Both the position numbers and the translations under genes were made by a program. A stretch of DNA of 7,419 nt, from positions 1 through 7,419 of the forward strand of contig NW_021828418.1 in NCBI RefSeq assembly GCF_006345805.1, read 5' to 3'. This document shows, piece by piece, positions 6,629 through 7,419 of the stretch. Each line of letters starts with the position of its first letter. Positions within the stretch are counted from its first letter, which is position 1. Origin of the DNA: Octopus sinensis (taxonomy: Eukaryota). The notes beneath the pieces were generated by a model. It saw nothing but the letters and a program-made list of their open reading frames with translations. It made no database searches and was not told where the DNA came from.

Positions 6629-7268
6629 GGGAGGCGCAATGGCCCAGTGGTTAGGTCAGCGGACTCGCGGTCGTAGGATCGCGGTTTCGATTCCCAGACC
6701 GGACATTGTGTGTGTTTATTGAGCGAAAACACCTAAAGCTCCACGAGGCTCCGGCAGGGGATGGTGGTGATCCCTGCTGTACTCTTTCACCACAACTTTC
6801 TCTCACTCTTACTTCCTGTTTCTGTTGTACCTTTATTTCAAGGGGCCGGCCTTGTCACTCTCTGTGTCACGCTGAATCTCCCTGAGAACTACGTTAAGGG
6901 TACACGTGTCTGTGGAGTGCTCAGCCACTTACACGTTAATTTCACGAGCAGGCTGTTCCGTTGATCGTATCAGCTGGGACCCTCATCGTCGTAACGACGG
7001 AGTGCTCCTGCAGGGGATGGTGGTGATCCCTGCTGTACTCTTTCACCACAACTTTCTCTCACTCTTACTTCCTGTTTCTGTTGTACCTGTATTTCAAAGG
7101 GCCGGTCTTGTCACTCTCTGTGTCACGCTGAATATCCCCGAGAACTACGTTAAGGGTACACGTGTCTGTGGAGTGCTCAGCCACTTACACGTTAATTTCA
7201 TGAGCAGGCTGTTCCGTTGATTCGGATCAACCGGAACCCTCATCGTCGTAACCGACGGAGTGCTTCCA
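6629..7268 (+). mobile_element. tRNA-derived SINE (family C) with a tandemly duplicated 256-bp body, flanked by an 8-bp TSD
   Basis: A box TGGCCCAGTGG (6640-6650) and B box GTTTCGATTCC (6684-6694). The body repeats with a 256-nt period (6754 and 7010) at ~95% identity. TTCGTCTT lies immediately on both sides (6621-6628, 7269-7276). Confidence 0.9.
6640..6694 (+). promoter_or_regulatory. RNA polymerase III type 2 internal promoter (A and B boxes) of the SINE
   Basis: The A box matches TRGCNNAGYGG exactly. The B box matches GTTCGANNCC with one extra T. Spacing is tRNA-like. Confidence 0.75.
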
Positions 7269-7419
7269 TTCGTCTTCGGTTTATGTTGAGTGAATATTTT
7301 TCTCATTTAATTATGAGAATTATTGCTTGGAGGAGTATTGTACCTTTTGAAGAATTTTAAAATAATTGTGAGAACTGCTGTTTGGTGGGGGTGTCTTTGC
7401 CTCCGAAGATTGAACAATT

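Noticed and set aside
6631-6702. Possible tRNA gene
   Set aside because: It has A/B boxes and a D-arm, but the anticodon and acceptor stems do not pair. It continues into a SINE body bounded by a TSD.
6761-7220. Two similar ORFs (MVVIPAVLFHH...) suggesting a duplicated gene
   Set aside because: They are read-throughs of the duplicated SINE body.

Overview
This is non-coding, very AT-rich eukaryotic DNA built almost entirely from microsatellites and transposon remnants. I cannot support any protein-coding gene: the listed ORFs are microsatellite or repeat read-throughs. From recall (not a database search), the SINE families resemble those of octopus genomes. The window contains five long simple-repeat fields, at least three tRNA-derived SINE families, three non-autonomous Helitrons from two families, a probable LINE 3' tail, and a ~520-bp segment ending in a minimal type I hammerhead-ribozyme motif of the kind carried by Penelope-like elements and retrozymes. 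Three observations stand out. (1) A tandem duplication (4755-5504 / 5505-6388) whose two copies each carry a different Helitron at exactly the same A|T site. (2) The hammerhead motif at 2702-2753, which has a palindromic helix III. (3) A near-perfect palindrome split at its central (TA)n by a retro-insertion (1987-2232). A possible minus-strand exon lies at 1490-1591 and is weakly supported.
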